64,000 nt of DNA from Bryobacterales bacterium (GTDB lineage: Bacteria; Acidobacteriota; Terriglobia; Bryobacterales; Bryobacteraceae), in the NCBI GenBank assembly GCA_963792655.1, contig CAWBWU010000011.1, positions 328,938 through 392,937 on the forward strand, given 5' to 3'. A program made the position numbers and the translations under genes. The notes under the pieces are model-generated. The model saw only the letters and a program-made list of their open reading frames with translations. It did not search any database and had not been told where the DNA came from. Below, in pieces: positions 9,811 to 20,268 of the stretch (its first letter is position 1; each line of letters opens with the position of its first letter).

Positions 9811-10637
9811 GAGGCAAAGGAAAAATGTTTCGGATCATTTTGGCGTCTGCTACGTACATACTGGCGAGCGCAGTTCTTTTAGCGCAAGACAGCGAGAAGA
9901 TAACGGTGCCGCTGCACAATGCAGGCCAGCCGGTAACCGTGAAGGCGCATCTGCTCAGCGGCGGCATCACCGTGAAAGGTTATGACGGGCGCGACGTGCT
10001 GGTGGAGGCTCGCTCTCGCGGCGGTGTCCGGCGGCAGCGTACACAAGCCGGTGCGGAGGGCATGCGGCGTCTCGAGATCGGCGGCGTTGGTCTCGACGTC
10101 ACTGAAGACAACAACGTGGTTGTAGTGCGGTCATCGGAGATGGAGCGCCAGGTGGACCTGGTGATCACGGTTCCGCGCAACAGCTCGCTGCAGTTGAAGT
10201 GCATGAACGGAGGCGACATTCAGGTAGATCACGTAAACGGCGAGATCGACGCCAACAACATGAACGGCAAAGTGACCCTTACCAATGTGTCGGGCTCGGT
10301 GCTCGCGCATTCACTGAACGGAGCCGTTACCGTGACCATGGACCGCGTGGATGGCAGCAAGCCCATGTCGTTCAGCACCATGAACGGCAACATCGACGTG
10401 ACGCTCCCGCCCGGCACGCGCGGCAACGTGAGGATGAAAACCGACAACGGCGATATCTATAGCGACTTTGACGTGAAGCTGGACGCGAACACCTCGGCCC
10501 CTGCAAGCGGAAGGCAACCGGATGGACGTTTCCATATCAAGCTCGACAAGACGTTGAAAGGCACGATGAACGGCGGCGGCCCCGACCTGCAGTTCACGTC
10601 TTACAACGGACAAATCTTTATCCGCAGCAAAAAATAG
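9807..10637 (+). CDS. DUF4097 ('Toastrack') beta-helix protein, secreted (paralogue of the preceding gene)
   Basis: ATGA overlap with the upstream gene (alternative ATG at 9825 after AAAGGA). Signal peptide MFRIILASATYILASAVLLAQ. Repeats MNGKVTLTNVSGSV / LNGAVTVT / MNGNIDVT. Confidence 0.7.
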   Translation: MRGKGKMFRIILASATYILASAVLLAQDSEKITVPLHNAGQPVTVKAHLLSGGITVKGYDGRDVLVEARSRGGVRRQRTQAGAEGMRRLEIGGVGLDVTEDNNVVVVRSSEMERQVDLVITVPRNSSLQLKCMNGGDIQVDHVNGEIDANNMNGKVTLTNVSGSVLAHSLNGAVTVTMDRVDGSKPMSFSTMNGNIDVTLPPGTRGNVRMKTDNGDIYSDFDVKLDANTSAPASGRQPDGRFHIKLDKTLKGTMNGGGPDLQFTSYNGQIFIRSKK

Positions 10638-10663
10638 CGGAAAAGAACAATCTCTCCTCCCCT

Positions 10664-10703
10664 GGCCTCGCGCGGAACGGTCCACGCGAGGCCGATTTTT
10701 TTT
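10664..10703 (+). terminator. Rho-independent terminator of the ECF operon
   Basis: GGCCTCGCG (10664-10672), 12-nt loop, CGCGAGGCC (10685-10693), then GA plus T8 (10696-10703). Confidence 0.75.
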
Positions 10704-10710
10704 GCCGAGT

Positions 10711-12940
10711 CTAGATCTTGATGAGTTCGGGCTCTGCTTCGATCACTTCCGGCGCAGGTGCGGGGCGCTGCAAGCGGAACACGACAACTGCAAGCGGCGG
10801 CAGCGAAACATAGATGCTGTGATCGCGCCCGTGCATGGGAACCGGATGGGCGTGCACACCTGTTCCGTTGTGCACGTTGCTGCCTCCGTAGTTCGCGGCA
10901 TCGGTATTGAAAACGGCTTCGTAGAATCCGGGCTCAGGCACGCCGAAGCCATAGTTGTGGCGCACAACCGGTGTGAAGTTGCAGCAGACGATCAGGAAGT
11001 CGGCCGCGTTCTCAGCACGCCGGATGAACGAGATGATCGAGTTCTCCACATCACGGAAGTCCAGCCACTCAAAGCCCGACCAGTGGAAGTCCACTTCGTA
11101 GAGCGCTCGCTGCGCGCGATAGAACTGATTCAGCTCACGCACCAGTGTCTGCAGTCCGGAGTGCAGCGGAAACTGCAGCAAGTCCCATTCGACGCTGCCA
11201 TAGTTGTTCCACTCGTTCCACTGCCCGATCTCGGTGCCCATGAACAACAGCTTCTTGCCGGGGTGCATGTACATGAACGCAAAGAAGGCGCGGCAGTTTG
11301 CAAACTGCTGCCACATGTCGCCCGGCATCTTCGCGAGCAGTGACTTCTTGCCATGCACCACCTCGTCATGCGAAATCGGCAGCACGAAGTTCTCCGTGAA
11401 GGCGTAGAGCAGGCTGAACGTCACATCGTTGTGGTTGTACTTGCGATACACGGGGTTCTGCTCAAAGTAGTGCAGCATGTCGTGCATCCAACCCATGTTC
11501 CACTTCAACGTGAAGCCCAGACCGTTTGAATACACGGGGCGGGACACGCCAGGGAACGACGTTGACTCCTCCGCGAAGCTCAGCGCGCCGGGCACCTGAT
11601 GCACAAGCTCGTTGAAGCGCCGCAGAAATTCGATCGCTTCCAGATTCTCGCGGCCGCCGAAAACATTCGGAACCCAGTCACCTTCTTTGCGCGAGTAGTC
11701 GAGATACAACATCGATGCGACCGCGTCCACGCGCAAGCCGTCGATGTGATACTCCTTCAACCAGAACAGCGCGTTCGAGATGAGGAACTGCTTCACCTCA
11801 TTGCGGCCGAAGTTGAAAATCAGCGTGCCCCAGTCGCGATGCTCTCCCTTGCGCGGGTCTTCATGTTCGTAGAGCGCGGTGCCGTCGAAGAACGCCAGGC
11901 CATGCGCGTCCTTTGGAAAATGCGCCGGCACCCAATCGACAATCACGCCGATACCCGCTTGATGGCAGTGATCGACGAAGTATTTGAAGTCATCCGGCGT
12001 ACCGAAGCGCGACGTGGGCGCAAAGTAGCCGGTCACCTGATAGCCCCACGAGCCTGAGAACGGGTGCTCCATGATCGGCAGCAGTTCAATGTGCGTGTAG
12101 CCCATGCGCTTCACATACGCGACCAGCTTTACTGCCAGCTCGCGATACGTCAGAAACGTGAAGCCCGGGCCTTTGAGCCAGCTCTCGAGATGAACTTCAT
12201 ACACCGCGATCGGCTGCTTCAACCACTCGGTGGCCGCGCGATGCTCCATCCACTCCGCGTCTTTCCATTCGTAATTGTCCAGACCCCAGACAACCGATGC
12301 GGACTTCGGCGGCACTTCCGTCGGCGAACGCGAACGGGTCGGCCTTCATCTGCTCATAGCCGCGCACCATGGAGCGCACGTGATACTTGTAAGTCGCGCC
12401 GGCTTCGAGCGCAGGCATAAAGATTTCCCAGACTCCGCCGTTGCGCCGCCGCATCGGATGCCGGCGCGTATCCCAATCGTTGAAGTCGCCCGTGACTGCA
12501 ACGCTTTCGGCGTTCGGAGCCCACACCGCAAAGCGCACACCCGCGACGCCTTCGCACACGGCGGGGTGCGCGCCCATCGTGCGATAACTCTCGAAGTTAG
12601 TGCCTTCGCCGTGCAGGTGGATTTCGTAGTCCGTCAACAGGGGTGGGAAGCGGTAAGGATCTTCGATATCCTGCTGCGTGCCATCGAAGCGCGTGATGCG
12701 CAACAGGTAGGGAGCGGGTTCGCCGGTCAGCAGCACGTGGAACACGCCGCCTGCATGCTTGCGGCGCATCGGATGTTCAACGCCGCCGAGCAACACTGCC
12801 GCACTTTCAGCCTGTGGCAGGAACGCCGAAACCTCCCAGCGTTCCGCAGCCGCGCTCGGTTTTACCAGATGCGGTCCGAGAACTCGAAAGGCGTCGCCGT
12901 GGCGCCCGTTTACCAGCACTTCGATCTCGGAAGCTGTCAT
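10711..12940 (-). pseudogene. glgB: 1,4-alpha-glucan branching enzyme (GH13); one frame break in this sequence
   Basis: N-terminal ORF 12197..13021 (true start MTASEIEVLVNG at 12940) and C-terminal ORF 10711..12315. Junction is ADPFAFA|[13 protein letters not shown]; the reading is restored by dropping one base near 12322. Confidence 0.9.
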
Positions 12941-12954
12941 GCGAACCTCATTAT

Positions 12955-13809
12955 ATGGCTGCGGAACTTCATCTCCATCTCGAAGGTTCAGTTGCCGCCG
13001 CAGAGTTGGGGCTGCCGCCATTTGCGTTCGACGACTTCGCCGGGTTCATACAGTGTTTCAAAGCGGTAGTCCTCTGTCTGAACACGCCTGAAGATTACGT
13101 GCGCATCACTCGCGCCCTGCTGCGCCGGCTTGCGGCGGAACAGATCGATTACGCAGAAGTCACCTTGTCCGCTGGCGTTGTGCTCTGGAAAAAACAAGAC
13201 CTGCGTGCGGTCATCGAAGCCATTACTGCTGAGACAGCCGGTTCGCGCGTCTATTGGAACCTCGACGCCGTGCGGCAGTTCGGCGCAGATGCCGCGATGC
13301 GCGTGGCAGAGATTGCAGCCGAATACGCCGGCCGCGGCGTGATCTCGTTCGGCATCGGCGGAGACGAAGTAGCTGCGCCGGCGATCTTATTCCGCGACGT
13401 CTACGCGTTCGCACGCCAAGCAGGCCTGCGGCTCACCGCGCACGCCGGCGAGACGGATGGACCTGCTTCGGTCTGGGCCGCTCTCGAAATCGGAGCGGAA
13501 CGCATCGGCCACGGCGTACGCGCGATCGATGATCCAGTGCTCGTGCGGCATCTTGCCGACCATCAGATTCCGTTAGAGGTGTGCCCCACCAGCAACATCT
13601 GCACGGGTGCGATCAAAGACTGGGATCAACACCCGGCGCGCGCACTGCACCGTGCAGGCGTGCCGATCACATTGAACACCGACGATCCCGCTATCTTCAG
13701 CACCACGCTCGCTCAAGAGTTCACCATCGCAGAGCAGCGCCTCGGGTTCACGCGTGATGAACTCGCTGTGGTTGCAGCGAATGCGTATCGCTATCGCTTT
13801 GTCGATTGA
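12955..13809 (+). CDS. add: Adenosine deaminase
   Basis: ELHLHLEGS, HAGE and TLNTDDP motifs. ATG at 12955, only 14 nt from the divergent glgB start. Confidence 0.85.
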   Translation: MAAELHLHLEGSVAAAELGLPPFAFDDFAGFIQCFKAVVLCLNTPEDYVRITRALLRRLAAEQIDYAEVTLSAGVVLWKKQDLRAVIEAITAETAGSRVYWNLDAVRQFGADAAMRVAEIAAEYAGRGVISFGIGGDEVAAPAILFRDVYAFARQAGLRLTAHAGETDGPASVWAALEIGAERIGHGVRAIDDPVLVRHLADHQIPLEVCPTSNICTGAIKDWDQHPARALHRAGVPITLNTDDPAIFSTTLAQEFTIAEQRLGFTRDELAVVAANAYRYRFVD

Positions 13810-16490
13810 ACCGGGCGCGCATCGCCCGTCAGCTTCAGCGTTCCCGTCAGCACCTGCGTTGTCGATGCGTCCGTTGCGCCCGTGAAGCCCGGCTGCTTAC
13901 CGCCGATCGAAATCTCTACATCACCCGGCGCCACAACAGTGTTGCCGCTCTCGTCGACCAACCCGAGTTGTTCGGGCGACAGATCGAACTCAACTGTTTT
14001 GCTTTCGCCCGGCTCGAAGCGCGTGCGGAAGAAGCCTGCGAGCGAGCGCACCGGCGCACCCGGCCCTTTGCGGCTTACGTAGACCTGCACCACTTCTTCA
14101 CCAGCGAACTTGCCGCTGTTCAACACGTCTGCCGTGACGGTGACTTTCCCGCCCGCGCGTACCGCATCCGGAAACTGCAGATTGCGATAAACGAAATTCG
14201 TGTAGCTCAAGCCGTAGCCGAACGGATACAAAGGCTCTCCCGTGAAGTATCGATACGTGCGCCCTTGCGGACTGTACGAATCGAACGGCGGCAACTGCGC
14301 TGCGGATTGATAGAAGGTGACCGGCAACCGCCCGGCGGGATTGTAATCGCCAAACAAAACGTCTGCGATCGCTTGTCCACCCGACTCCCCCGGATACCAG
14401 GCTTCCACAATGGCGGGCACATGATCGCGCGCCCATCCTACTGCGAGTGCGCTGCCGTTCAACAGCACCACCGTCGTGGGCTTACCCAGCGCCATCACAT
14501 CCTGCAACAACGCTTGTTGCACTTTCGGCAGGCCAAGGTCGACGCGATCGCCGCCAGCGAAACCCTCGACCGGAACATTCATCTCCTCTCCTTCGAGTTG
14601 CGGCGAAAGACCCAGAAACAGAATCACCTGGTCCGCTTGCCTGGCGATGTCGAGCGCATCCTTGCTCATGTTCTGATTAGGCGGCGACCACACCAGTTGG
14701 ATCGCCGCATCCGGAATGCTCTGGTGAAACTCGAGCCGGATCGGATACAGCTTGCCTTTGATAAGCTGCACCGGACTCGAGGCATAGCCGCGCTGATCGC
14801 GATCCGTCCTGCGCGCGATGCTCTTGCCATCCAGAAACAACTCGAACTGGTCGATGCCGTACGCGCCCAGGTCGTAAGTGCCGGTGTCCGGCGCTGCAAG
14901 GTAGCCGGTCCACCGAACGCTGAAATTGTCATCGGGCATGTCGCTGCGCGGGGGCTTCTGTGCCCAGCGGAAATCAACGCTCTGATCGACGCGCGAAAAA
15001 AGCGGCTTCGCTGCCGCCGGAACGCGGCTGCTGCGCTGTTTCGGCAACACCGGCGCGGGCATCGCGGGCAGGTTGACCGACTCGTAGTAATCGCCCTTCA
15101 ACCCGGCTTCGCGCGTGCGCGTATTGTTGGTGAACAGCGCCGTCGAGGGCACGACCTGATAAGCCGGAACGCCGGTCGCAATCTGCGAGCCTTCGGCGTA
15201 CAACACCTTCGTCTTGCGCGACACGCGCAGCCGGATGCCCTCGAGCGGAGTAGCGGTCTGCGTCGGTTGGCCGTTGTAGTTGCCGAGCAGCGATTCGAGC
15301 CGGTTTGCATTCGGCCCGATGATCGCCAGCGTCTTCACATCTTTCGACAGCGGCAACAGATGGTTTTCGTTCTTCAACAGCACGATCGATTTGCGCGCCG
15401 CATCGAGCGCGAGATCGCGATGCTCCGGGCTCTCGATCACGTCCGTCGTGATCGACGCGTACGGCACCATCTCGGGAGGATCGAACATTCCCAGGCGAAA
15501 CCGCGCCGTGAACAAGCGCTTCACCGATGTATCAATTTGCTGCTCGGTCACGAGCCGCTGCTGCACTGCTGAAGCGAGATCGCGGTACTCGCGTCCGCAA
15601 TCCAGATCGGTTCCGGCCTTCACTGCCGCGGCTGCGGCGGCCGCACCATTCGGGGCGACCTTATGCGTGTTCGAGATATCGGAGATTGCACCGCAATCGG
15701 ACACGATGTATCCGTTGAACTTCCATTGATCGCGCAGTATGCCGCCGAGCAATGTGCTGTTCGCGCATGCCGGTTCACCGTTGAGGCGGTTGTACGCGCA
15801 CATCACGGACATGGCTCCGCCATCCACAATCGCTTTCTCGAACTGCGGCAGGTATGTATCGAACAGGTCATGCTGCGAGATGCGCGCGTCGAAAGTATGG
15901 CGCTGACTCTCGGGGCCGCTGTGCACCGCGAAGTGTTTCGCGGTGGCCACGGTCTTCAGATATTTCGGGTCGTCACCCTGCATGCCGCGAATAAACGCCA
16001 CGGCCATGCGGCCCGTGAGGTAGGGGTCTTCCCCGTAGGTCTCCATCCCCCGCCCCCATCGGGGATCGCGAAACAAATTGATGTTGGGCGACCAGAACGT
16101 AAGGCCTTCGTAGATGCCGTGTTTGTCGCGCCGCAGGAAGTCGTGATACTTTGCGCGCGCTTCGTCGGAGATCGCTACCGCGATGTTCGACATCAGGTTG
16201 GTGTCAAAGCTGGCGGCAAGCCCGATCGGCTCCGGAAACGATGTTGCTTTGCCCGCGCGAGCCACACCGTGCAGACTCTCGTTCCACCAGTTGTATGCCG
16301 GTACGTTGAGTCGCGGAATGGCCGGCGCACTGTTCATCATCTGCCCGATCTTCTCGTCGAGCGTCATGCGCGACACCAGATCGTTGACCCTGTTCTCTAA
16401 AGGCGCGGATGGATCGAGGTAGGCCGGTTTACTCTGAGCCAGGAGCGTAAGCGGGGTCGCGCAGAAAATCAAAACAGCAAAGCGAAGCAC
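13791..16490 (-). CDS. Secreted GH3 beta-glucosidase with PA14 insert
   Basis: GH3 N- and C-terminal domains (KHFAVHSGPE, SDCGAI). PA14-like insert (GLKGDYYES...FSVRWTGYL). Signal peptide MLRFAVLIFCATPLTLLAQ. Confidence 0.9.
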   Translation of the reverse strand: MLRFAVLIFCATPLTLLAQSKPAYLDPSAPLENRVNDLVSRMTLDEKIGQMMNSAPAIPRLNVPAYNWWNESLHGVARAGKATSFPEPIGLAASFDTNLMSNIAVAISDEARAKYHDFLRRDKHGIYEGLTFWSPNINLFRDPRWGRGMETYGEDPYLTGRMAVAFIRGMQGDDPKYLKTVATAKHFAVHSGPESQRHTFDARISQHDLFDTYLPQFEKAIVDGGAMSVMCAYNRLNGEPACANSTLLGGILRDQWKFNGYIVSDCGAISDISNTHKVAPNGAAAAAAAVKAGTDLDCGREYRDLASAVQQRLVTEQQIDTSVKRLFTARFRLGMFDPPEMVPYASITTDVIESPEHRDLALDAARKSIVLLKNENHLLPLSKDVKTLAIIGPNANRLESLLGNYNGQPTQTATPLEGIRLRVSRKTKVLYAEGSQIATGVPAYQVVPSTALFTNNTRTREAGLKGDYYESVNLPAMPAPVLPKQRSSRVPAAAKPLFSRVDQSVDFRWAQKPPRSDMPDDNFSVRWTGYLAAPDTGTYDLGAYGIDQFELFLDGKSIARRTDRDQRGYASSPVQLIKGKLYPIRLEFHQSIPDAAIQLVWSPPNQNMSKDALDIARQADQVILFLGLSPQLEGEEMNVPVEGFAGGDRVDLGLPKVQQALLQDVMALGKPTTVVLLNGSALAVGWARDHVPAIVEAWYPGESGGQAIADVLFGDYNPAGRLPVTFYQSAAQLPPFDSYSPQGRTYRYFTGEPLYPFGYGLSYTNFVYRNLQFPDAVRAGGKVTVTADVLNSGKFAGEEVVQVYVSRKGPGAPVRSLAGFFRTRFEPGESKTVEFDLSPEQLGLVDESGNTVVAPGDVEISIGGKQPGFTGATDASTTQVLTGTLKLTGDARPVQSTKR

Positions 16491-16492
16491 AG

Positions 16493-17730
16493 CTAAATTT
16501 TAATCTCTTCAAAGCGCGGCACCAGCAGATGAATGATCAGCAGTGCCGTCAGGTACAGCGCAGCCGGTAACAAGAACAGCAGCGAGTAACTGCCGGTAAC
16601 CTGCAGGTTCTTGCCGACATAGTGTGCGGCGAGCGCACCACCAAGCGCGCCCACCGCTCCGCCGAACCCGACCACGGACCCGACCGCGCCGCGCGGAAAC
16701 ACATCGGAAGTGAACGTGTAGAGGTTGCACGACCACCCTTGGTGCGCGGCAGCGGCCAACCCGATCAGCCCCACCGCCACCCACAAATTCGTTGTGAACG
16801 AAACCAGCGTGATGGGCGCGACGCAAAGCGCACAGATCAACAGTGTTACCTTCCGCGCTGCGTTGATCGACCAGCCGCGCTTGATCAGATGCGACGAAAG
16901 ATACCCGCCTAAGATGCTGCCCACGTCGGCCGCGAGGTAAACCACCACCAGCGGAATCGCGATCTGCGCCAACCGCAAACCGAACCGCTGATCGAGAAAC
17001 TTCGGCAGCCAGAAAATGTAGAACCACCAAACCGGGTCGCTCAGGAACTTGCCCAACGCAAACGCCCACGTGGCACGCAACCGAACAACGCGCGCGAAGG
17101 AGAACGCGACGCGCGTATCTTCCGCATCGCTCCGAATGTGCGCAAGCTCGGCTGACGAGACGCGCGGGTGACTGCCGGGTCTCGAAACAACAACGCCCAC
17201 ACGATCACCCAAGCCAGGCCGCACACACCCACAACGAGGAATGTCGCACGCCAACCCCATAGCCGCGTGATGACCGGCACCAGCAGCGGAGCAATGAGCG
17301 CACCGATGTTCGCGCCCGAGTTGAAAATGCCGGTGGCCAGCGCGCGCTCTTTCTTCGGGAACCAGTCGGCTACCGTTTTGATCGCCGCCGGAAAGTTGCC
17401 GGACTCGCCAAGTCCCAGTGCAAAATTGGCGAAGCCGAAGCCGGGAACCGAACGCGCAAACGCGAAAGTCATCACTGCGAGGCTCCACAGCGTAGCGGCG
17501 GTCATATAGCCCAGGCGTGTTCCAATGCGGTCCATCACGCGGCCCGCGAGCAACAGGCCTACGCCGTAGGCGATCTGGAACGCTGTGACGATGTTGCCGT
17601 ATTGCTGCTCCGTCCAGCCGATGTCGCGTTGCAACTGCGGTGCAAGAATTCCGAAGACCTGACGGTCCACGTAGTTGATGGTCGTAATGCAGAACAGCAG
17701 CGCACAGACCGTCCAGCGGAATCTCGTCAT
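16493..17730 (-). pseudogene. MFS transporter, hexuronate (ExuT)-like; one frame break in this sequence
   Basis: ORFs 17041..17730 and 16493..17488 join as ...WALLFRDP|GSHPRVSSAELAHI near 17177. Here one base appears to be missing from a CCCGG run. Confidence 0.8.
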
Positions 17731-17740
17731 GCGGGCTCGG

Positions 17741-18913
17741 TCAATACGTCAACGGCACGCCGAACTGCCGTTGCAGCACCAGTGCAACGGTTCCTCGCAG
17801 TCGCGTCGAAGCACCTTCGCCGCCCGGCACGATGCGCGGCGGGCGTCCCGACAGACTCTGCTTCGCAGTTTCGGCTTCGAGCAGCGGCGCGAAGTAATCC
17901 CATGCGTGCGTGAGTTCGCCGACAACGATGATTACCTCCGGCGCGAGCCCGCCAACGATCATGCCCATGCCGCGCGCAAGGTACCGCGCCATGGTTCTCA
18001 GCGCGCGCGCCGCGGGTTCGTTGCCTCTGTGCGCCTGGTCCATCAATTCGCTGAACGAACCCAGACGCTGGCCGGTCTCCGTCTCGTAGTAGCGCAGCGC
18101 CGCGTTGTTGCTGGCGAAGACTTCCCAACATCCACGGCGCCCGCACGAACACAGCGGGCCCTCGGGATCGAGCGTCACATGACCGAACTCGCCCGCCATG
18201 CCGCCGTCGCCGCGCACTAACTGGCCATTGGCGTAAATGCCGCTCCCGACACCTTCTGAGATCGTTACCACAGCCATGTCACAGATGCGTTCCCATTTGC
18301 CAAACCACACCTCGGCCAACACGCAGAGGTTCGCCGCGTTCTCCATCTGGACCGAGAGCCCGGTGCGCTCTTCAAGCGGCGACTTCAGATCGAACGCCGG
18401 CCAGCGCAGGTTCGGCGTGAATACCAATTCCTCCGTCGTGAGACTCGCGCGGCCCGGCAGACTCAACCCGATGCCTTCGAACGTTGCCTTACCGCCATCG
18501 CTCATCAGGTCTCGAATTTCATTCGCGATGTTGTCGATGGCGGTTGCAGGGTCGGCCGGCGTCGGAATCGTACGTTGTGAACGCAAGTGGCCATCCAGGT
18601 TAGAGGCCGCGATCGTGATCACTGATGGCCGCAGATCGACGCCCAAGATCGACCGCCGCTCATTCAGCCGCAGGTTCTTGGGATGCCTGCCGCGCGGCAG
18701 CCGCTCACGTGCTCCTTCGATCAGCCATTGTTCGCCGATCAACTCTTCAGCGATCAGCGATACCGTGCTGCGTTGCAGCCCCGTCATGCGCGCCAGATCC
18801 GCACGCGAAACCTCGCGCCGGATGCGCACCAGGTTCAGAATGATTCGGCGGTTGATGTCGCGCGCTGTCTCGTTCGATGCGGATTGAATGCGTTCCAGAT
18901 CGAGCGGTCTCAT
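17741..18913 (-). CDS. ROK-family transcriptional regulator (NagC/XylR-like)
   Basis: Start moved to [10 protein letters not shown] (18913; ATGA overlap with the upstream gene). N-terminal wHTH (RRIILNLVRIRREVSRADLARMTGLQRSTVS). ROK sugar-kinase fold with a CSCGRRGCWE zinc motif. Confidence 0.8.
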   Translation of the reverse strand: MRPLDLERIQSASNETARDINRRIILNLVRIRREVSRADLARMTGLQRSTVSLIAEELIGEQWLIEGARERLPRGRHPKNLRLNERRSILGVDLRPSVITIAASNLDGHLRSQRTIPTPADPATAIDNIANEIRDLMSDGGKATFEGIGLSLPGRASLTTEELVFTPNLRWPAFDLKSPLEERTGLSVQMENAANLCVLAEVWFGKWERICDMAVVTISEGVGSGIYANGQLVRGDGGMAGEFGHVTLDPEGPLCSCGRRGCWEVFASNNAALRYYETETGQRLGSFSELMDQAHRGNEPAARALRTMARYLARGMGMIVGGLAPEVIIVVGELTHAWDYFAPLLEAETAKQSLSGRPPRIVPGGEGASTRLRGTVALVLQRQFGVPLTY

Positions 18914-20268
18914 TGCCCCGCTTCCGCCGCCCGCCGCGGCTTCACCCACCCTTCGAAGTTGTGCCGGAAAAGGCGCTCGACATCGTGCTGAATGTCGGCA
19001 CGTGTGACTGCGCGCCCGTCCTCGGCGAGCAGCTGATACGTGTTGGCGAGGATCGGCCCAAGCGTGCGACGCGTGTTGCGCCACTTGTAGATGACCTGTT
19101 CGAGAATGCGAGCATCCGAGTGTTGCGGGATGAACGTGGTGCCCAGCATTTCGAGCCGCTCGCGCGTGATCTCTTCGACGACCGAGGGCTGGTTCAGAAA
19201 CCACCAGCAACCGAACGGCATCAGGTTATTGAATTTGCGAGCATACACGCAAAACTCATGCTGATTTTCGCGGCTGAGGATGCTGGCCAGAAAGCGATTA
19301 TCGGGGAAGCGCGAGAGCAGATTCTCCAGCGCCTGCAGATCCGCTTTTCCCGCCGCATCGCCCGCACCACGCAACGCGGGGTTGACTTGATAGCGCACGC
19401 CGATCATGAGTGACAGCGGAATATCGAACTCACGGCACGCAGGCAGCACCGCCTCGGCCAGGAGTTTCGTCCGCAAATCATCGGCGGGGTATTCGAAGGT
19501 GAACGGCAGGGAACACGCCATGTACACCGGCTGCATCTGACGGCAGCAATCACCGATGAACCGGCGCACCTCGTTCACTGAACTTCCGGTACAGCCTTCG
19601 TCGACTTGATACCCAAGCGCATTGAGCTGGCTCCAATGCTGCGGCCATTTGTTGAGCACGCGATCCAGCCGCAGCACTGCATGAAATTGCTTGTCCTGCG
19701 CCACGCCGCGCTTCCAGTACGGGGCCTCATCCGGATCGAGCGGGTCGTTCGTCATCACCACTTCGCTGATACCCGCGATGCGAAACACATTGCTGATGTG
19801 ATCTTCCAGCCGCACGTTCGCGAAGTAGTCGCGAGCCTCGCGCAAATCGTGTCCTGCCGTCGGTAGCCCTAACGCATGCAGCACCGAGACCGCGCCGCGC
19901 GCAGCTTCGGACACCGGCGGGTGATCCACGAACAGCGTCTTCCAGATCAGGTCAGCCTGCTCGCGCTTTGACATCTTCCAGTACTGCGCGGGTGTGATCG
20001 AAGACGAGCGAAACAGCTCGGCTTCCAGGTAGTGATAGGTGAGCAACTGGTCAATGCCCCACAGCCCCAGGTCGCCAAACGCGGGTGCAAACAAGTGCGT
20101 GTGGACGTCGATGAACTGCGTTGATTGCAGAACCTCCGCAACGGTCGCGGCAATCTGGGGCGCGCTGAGCGCGCTGTGGTTGGTTTCGCTCAAGATATGT
20201 TCCAGCCCTGCATCAGATGGGGCGCAAGTCAGGGATGCGCCCGTCGTTCGGATCGGCCCACCGGTCAT
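18910..20268 (-). CDS. Amidohydrolase-fold protein, uronate isomerase (UxaC)-like
   Basis: IDVHTHLF metal motif and CWWF motif typical of divergent UxaC family members. ATG at 20268 overlaps the upstream gene by 56 nt; an alternative TTG at about 20193 would remove the overlap. Confidence 0.55.
   Translation of the reverse strand: MTGGPIRTTGASLTCAPSDAGLEHILSETNHSALSAPQIAATVAEVLQSTQFIDVHTHLFAPAFGDLGLWGIDQLLTYHYLEAELFRSSSITPAQYWKMSKREQADLIWKTLFVDHPPVSEAARGAVSVLHALGLPTAGHDLREARDYFANVRLEDHISNVFRIAGISEVVMTNDPLDPDEAPYWKRGVAQDKQFHAVLRLDRVLNKWPQHWSQLNALGYQVDEGCTGSSVNEVRRFIGDCCRQMQPVYMACSLPFTFEYPADDLRTKLLAEAVLPACREFDIPLSLMIGVRYQVNPALRGAGDAAGKADLQALENLLSRFPDNRFLASILSRENQHEFCVYARKFNNLMPFGCWWFLNQPSVVEEITRERLEMLGTTFIPQHSDARILEQVIYKWRNTRRTLGPILANTYQLLAEDGRAVTRADIQHDVERLFRHNFEGWVKPRRAAEAGQ

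Noticed and set aside
13806-15572. 588-aa + strand ORF (similar cases: 33189..34391, 53471..54598, 23285..24208, 24314..25606, 30227..31075, 37397..38272, 10702..11343)
   Set aside because: These lie antisense to genes with clear family motifs. Their products are Arg/His/Ala-rich with no recognisable domains. Long antisense ORFs are expected by chance in about 60% GC coding DNA.
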